Assembly (NCBI GenBank): GCA_902796095.1
Contig: CADBNP010000125.1
Location: 1-38,890 of the forward strand
Source of the DNA: an uncultured Aeromonadales bacterium
GTDB lineage: Bacteria; Pseudomonadota; Gammaproteobacteria; Enterobacterales; Succinivibrionaceae
Reading direction: 5' to 3'
DNA length: 38,890 bases
The position numbers and the translations under genes were made by a program. Of this stretch, positions 36,541-38,890 are shown one piece after another. The stretch's first letter is position 1. Each line of letters opens with the position of its first letter. The notes under the pieces were generated by a model. It saw only the letters and a list, made by a program, of their open reading frames with translations. It was not told the origin of the DNA and did not search any database.

Positions 36541-36580
36541 GGAAGAGCGGACAGAGACTGAAGTCATTCCGGGTTTATCA
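36527..36580 (+). repeat. Intergenic direct repeat, copy C (about 54 nt)
   Basis: See copy A. The head-to-head distance is 263 nt, with an exact 14-mer head and a roughly 70% identical tail. Confidence 0.7.
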
Positions 36581-36668
36581 TATCTCGGAAAGTGTCAGAT
36601 TCTGTGCCGGTGTTCTCTGCCTGAGGAATTTAAAATCGTGATCTGACAGGACAACAGGATTTTGGAGC

Positions 36669-36696
36669 CAGAACCGAGTTCTGATACTGTTTTTTT
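36669..36696 (+). terminator. Weak candidate intrinsic terminator downstream of repeat copy C
   Basis: CAGAAC-cga-GTTCTG (36669-36683), then ATACTG, then T7 (36690-36696). The stem is short and a 6-nt gap precedes the T-run. Confidence 0.3.
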
Positions 36697-36751
36697 AACG
36701 CCGCTAATTGTGATCAATGACTTAAAAGAACGATAATGTTTTATATTGTTA

Positions 36752-36850
36752 TTGACGATCAAAATTGATGATTTTATTCTATCACCATGACCCCCGTGGC
36801 ATTTGCTGCGGTTTTAGGCGCTTGATGAAGAGAAACCGCACTGCGGTTTT
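36752..36850 (+). promoter_or_regulatory. Candidate promoter plus attenuator-like leader (alternative hairpins and a 12-codon ORF) upstream of the LysM gene
   Basis: The promoter is TTGACG (36752-36757), a 17-nt spacer, then TATTCT (36775-36780). An ATG lies at 36787, 7 nt after the -10 element. Hairpin 1 is CCGTGGC-attt-GCTGCGG plus UUUU (36794-36815). Segment TGCGGTTT (36807-36814) can instead pair with AAACCGCA (36833-36840), and that segment can instead pair with GCGGTTT (36843-36849) plus a U-run. Confidence 0.3.
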
Positions 36851-37028
36851 GTGTCTGTTAACGGCTGATTGTATGCGGATGCATCAGTAAACGCTATGCG
36901 GCAGTGGCAGCAGTACTGCTCCGCCGTGGAATTCTGACGGTTAACGCTCATCTGGCGCAAGGCTCTGTCATAAGGATAAATCAGAGATTAGGGAATAGTA
37001 ATAATCCGCAGTCGCAAAAAGGACTTAT

Positions 37029-38111
37029 ATGATTAAACAAAAAATTACGGCTATTTTAGCTGGTCTGCTTATGGCAGGTTTTGCACAGGCTGATAACTTG
37101 ACGCTAAAGGAAGGTCATCCTGACACTTATGTGGTAAAGAAAGGTGATACACTGTGGGATATTTCCGGAGTGTTCCTCGAGAAGCCTTGGTACTGGCCTA
37201 AGATTTGGAATGTAAATCCTCAGGTGAAGGATCCTCACTGGATTTATCCTGGAGATGTGCTTAATCTCGTATATGTTGACGGACAGCCAAGACTCGTAAG
37301 AGGCACGGCGAAGCTTTCTCCGTCAATCAATCGTGGAAACGGCGATGACGCCATAAAGACTATTAATCTGGAAGAGATTCTTCCGTTCCTCTCCTACGAT
37401 TATCTCTTCCCTAACGGGACTCATATAGATGATCTGCCTTTCGTTCTGGGTAACAATGATTCCAACAAGAAGATGATGGATGTATCCACCGTCTATGTGA
37501 AGGGAGTTCTGACCCCCGGTGAACAGTACGGTCTTTACACCGCTCCTAAGGCATACAAGGATCCTGATGATCCAAAGGGCGGAATTATCGGGTACAGGGC
37601 TGCTCTTACCGGTGTGATTGTTGCTGGTCGTGTTGTTGACGGCATTACCGAGGCCACTCTGGTGAAGTCAGTTCGTGAAATAAGTCAGGGCGACAGAGTA
37701 ATGCCTCTGAGCAACGGCGGTTACGATGCTGCATTTACTCTGAGACCGGCAGATAAGAATTTTAAGGCCATAGTGCTTGAGAATGTCGTTGATTCTATTT
37801 ATGCGGGTCGCAATCAGGTGATTGTTCTGAGTGCGGGAACCAACAAGGGTCTTTCCAGCGGTGATGTGGTTACCGTGTACAAGGAAGGAGTAAGAGTAGC
37901 AGGGGTCGACCCTAATCATGTGGCCTATGCCGAGACCGGTACTGTAGCTCAGAAGGTCGTATCTGAACTTTCTGAATACGGTAAACTGCCTGACGTTGTT
38001 GCAGGTCATGCGATGGTGTTCAAATCATACAGCAATCTTTCCCTGGCTCTTGTTCTTGATGCCAGTGAATTTATTGCAAACGGTGCCAGAGTTACCGGAA
38101 CTGACGAGTAA
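37029..38111 (+). CDS. LysM peptidoglycan-binding domain protein. This is the conserved family found between def and dprA in many gammaproteobacteria.
   Basis: A signal peptide (ILAGLLMAGFAQA) is followed by the LysM block YVVKKGDTLWDISGVFLEKPWYWPKIWNVNPQVKDPHWIYPGDVLNL. An AAGGA Shine-Dalgarno precedes the start. Confidence 0.85.
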   Translation: MIKQKITAILAGLLMAGFAQADNLTLKEGHPDTYVVKKGDTLWDISGVFLEKPWYWPKIWNVNPQVKDPHWIYPGDVLNLVYVDGQPRLVRGTAKLSPSINRGNGDDAIKTINLEEILPFLSYDYLFPNGTHIDDLPFVLGNNDSNKKMMDVSTVYVKGVLTPGEQYGLYTAPKAYKDPDDPKGGIIGYRAALTGVIVAGRVVDGITEATLVKSVREISQGDRVMPLSNGGYDAAFTLRPADKNFKAIVLENVVDSIYAGRNQVIVLSAGTNKGLSSGDVVTVYKEGVRVAGVDPNHVAYAETGTVAQKVVSELSEYGKLPDVVAGHAMVFKSYSNLSLALVLDASEFIANGARVTGTDE

Positions 38112-38162
38112 CATAGCAGTTGTTCCGGTATGATAAACCGGAAACTGTGAGAGTTAGAAAAT

Positions 38163-38194
38163 GCGGATCTTCTGAAGGGGGATTCGCTTTTTTC
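38163..38194 (+). terminator. Intrinsic terminator after the LysM gene
   Basis: The stem GCGGATC / GATTCGC (one G-U pair) has an 11-nt loop and is followed by TTTTTT. Confidence 0.75.
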
Positions 38195-38277
38195 TTGTCT
38201 GCCAGCAACTGAACTGAGCCGGTATAAACCGGATTATAATCTGCCAGGGAAAGCTCCCGCCGGAGTTTGTACGATAT

Positions 38278-38880
38278 ATGAGCGAAAATGAAAAGGAAAT
38301 GGACTTTTCCTGTTCCTTGGAAGAGAAAGGTTCTTCAGAAAGGAAAATGTCAGGTGAAAATATCTGTCCAAACTGCGGTGTTCCTCTGATTCTGCGCCGG
38401 ACAAGAAACGGTTACATATATGGCTGCCCTAATTATCCTCTGTGCGATTATGTTAAAAATGTGTCGTCGCAGGGTGTTACCGTTCTTATGGTAATGCCTG
38501 ACACATCATGCCCTGAATGCGGCTCGCCGATGGCCGTGAAAAAATCCAGGTACGGACTGTTCATAGGCTGCTCCAATTACCCAGAGTGCAATTACATTCA
38601 TATGGAAAAGGAGGAGAATCCAATAGCCTGTCCTGTATGCGGCGGAGGTGTACTGAGACATCATTCAACTAAATTCGGCAGATCCTTCTATTCATGCAGC
38701 AATTTCAGGATCTGCAGATTTTCTCTGAATTATCGGCCTGTGTCCAGGGAGTGTCCTGAATGCGGGTTTCCTTTAATGGTGCTGCGCAGAGGAAAAAATC
38801 GTCAGTATCTTCAGTGTGCCGACAGAAAATGCGGTCACAGGATTCCTCTTGATGATTCTGATCTGCTGCAGTCCGGATGA
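38278..38880 (+). CDS. yrdD: YrdD-like DNA topoisomerase-type zinc-ribbon protein (four C4 fingers)
   Basis: Four repeats of CP-x-CG ... C-x-NYP-x-C are present: CPNCG..CPNYPLC, CPECG..CSNYPEC, CPVCGG..CSNFRIC and CPECG..CADRKC. The start is uncertain: ATG at 38278, or ATG at 38347 (MSGENICPNCG). Confidence 0.8.
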   Translation: MSENEKEMDFSCSLEEKGSSERKMSGENICPNCGVPLILRRTRNGYIYGCPNYPLCDYVKNVSSQGVTVLMVMPDTSCPECGSPMAVKKSRYGLFIGCSNYPECNYIHMEKEENPIACPVCGGGVLRHHSTKFGRSFYSCSNFRICRFSLNYRPVSRECPECGFPLMVLRRGKNRQYLQCADRKCGHRIPLDDSDLLQSG

Positions 38881-38890
38881 GATTTCAAAA

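Noticed and set aside
36539-36646. A 35-codon ORF starting at the ATG that overlaps the copy C repeat -10 element (MEERTETEVIPGLSYLGKCQILCRCSLPEEFKIVI)
   Set aside because: The paralogous copy A has ATA instead of ATG, and a 1-nt indel breaks the frame. The repeat is therefore not conserved as coding sequence. No Shine-Dalgarno is present.
1-38890. A by-eye search for tRNA/rRNA genes, CRISPR arrays, IS/transposase genes, integrases, toxin-antitoxin pairs and known defence-system genes
   Set aside because: None were found. No T-loop-like GGTTCGAATCC motifs, no regularly spaced repeats, and no transposase-, integrase- or nuclease-type ORFs are present among the supplied translations. A computational scan (tRNAscan-SE, Infernal, DefenseFinder/PADLOC) would be needed to be definitive.

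Overview
This 38.9-kb window looks like gammaproteobacterial chromosome and is mostly housekeeping. That reading rests on gene content and two conserved blocks, glnA<>typA and def-fmt-rsmB-trkA-trkH; I cannot assign a genus. I support 27 protein-coding genes by motif-level reading of the supplied translations.

Gene order, left to right:
- A 5'-truncated clostripain-family (C11) peptidase, an orphan T6SS hcp and a DUF805 membrane protein.
- glnA, typA/bipA, clcA and a YihY/BrkB-family protein.
- A tight minus-strand array: aminopeptidase P, pssA, recG and an AsmA-like gene.
- A TM/HAMP/PAS sensor histidine kinase, translationally coupled to an uncharacterised 6-TM protein.
- prlC, rnb, menH-menC, a YfcZ-family protein and mltF.
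- An HDOD protein and an NsrR-like Rrf2 regulator.
- trkH, trkA, rsmB, fmt and def.
- A LysM protein and a YrdD-like four-zinc-ribbon protein.

I found no tRNA, rRNA, CRISPR array, IS element or recognisable defence system.

Several ORF-track starts are N-terminal over-extensions, some from TTG or GTG, and I trimmed them to ATG codons preceded by Shine-Dalgarno motifs.

The stretches worth a second look:
1. The 822-bp ORF-free spacer between def and the LysM gene. It holds two about 55-nt promoter-like direct repeats plus a partial third copy, a perfect 22-bp palindrome, and an attenuator-like set of alternative hairpins over a 12-codon ORF.
2. The hcp gene, insulated by terminators on both sides, next to a C11 peptidase and downstream of a glnA that lacks glnLG.
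3. The histidine kinase and 6-TM pair, joined by an ATGA overlap, with no response regulator nearby.
4. A MenH homologue whose nucleophile-elbow serine is replaced by alanine.

None of these is demonstrably a new system from sequence alone. All are offered as hypotheses with explicit tests.
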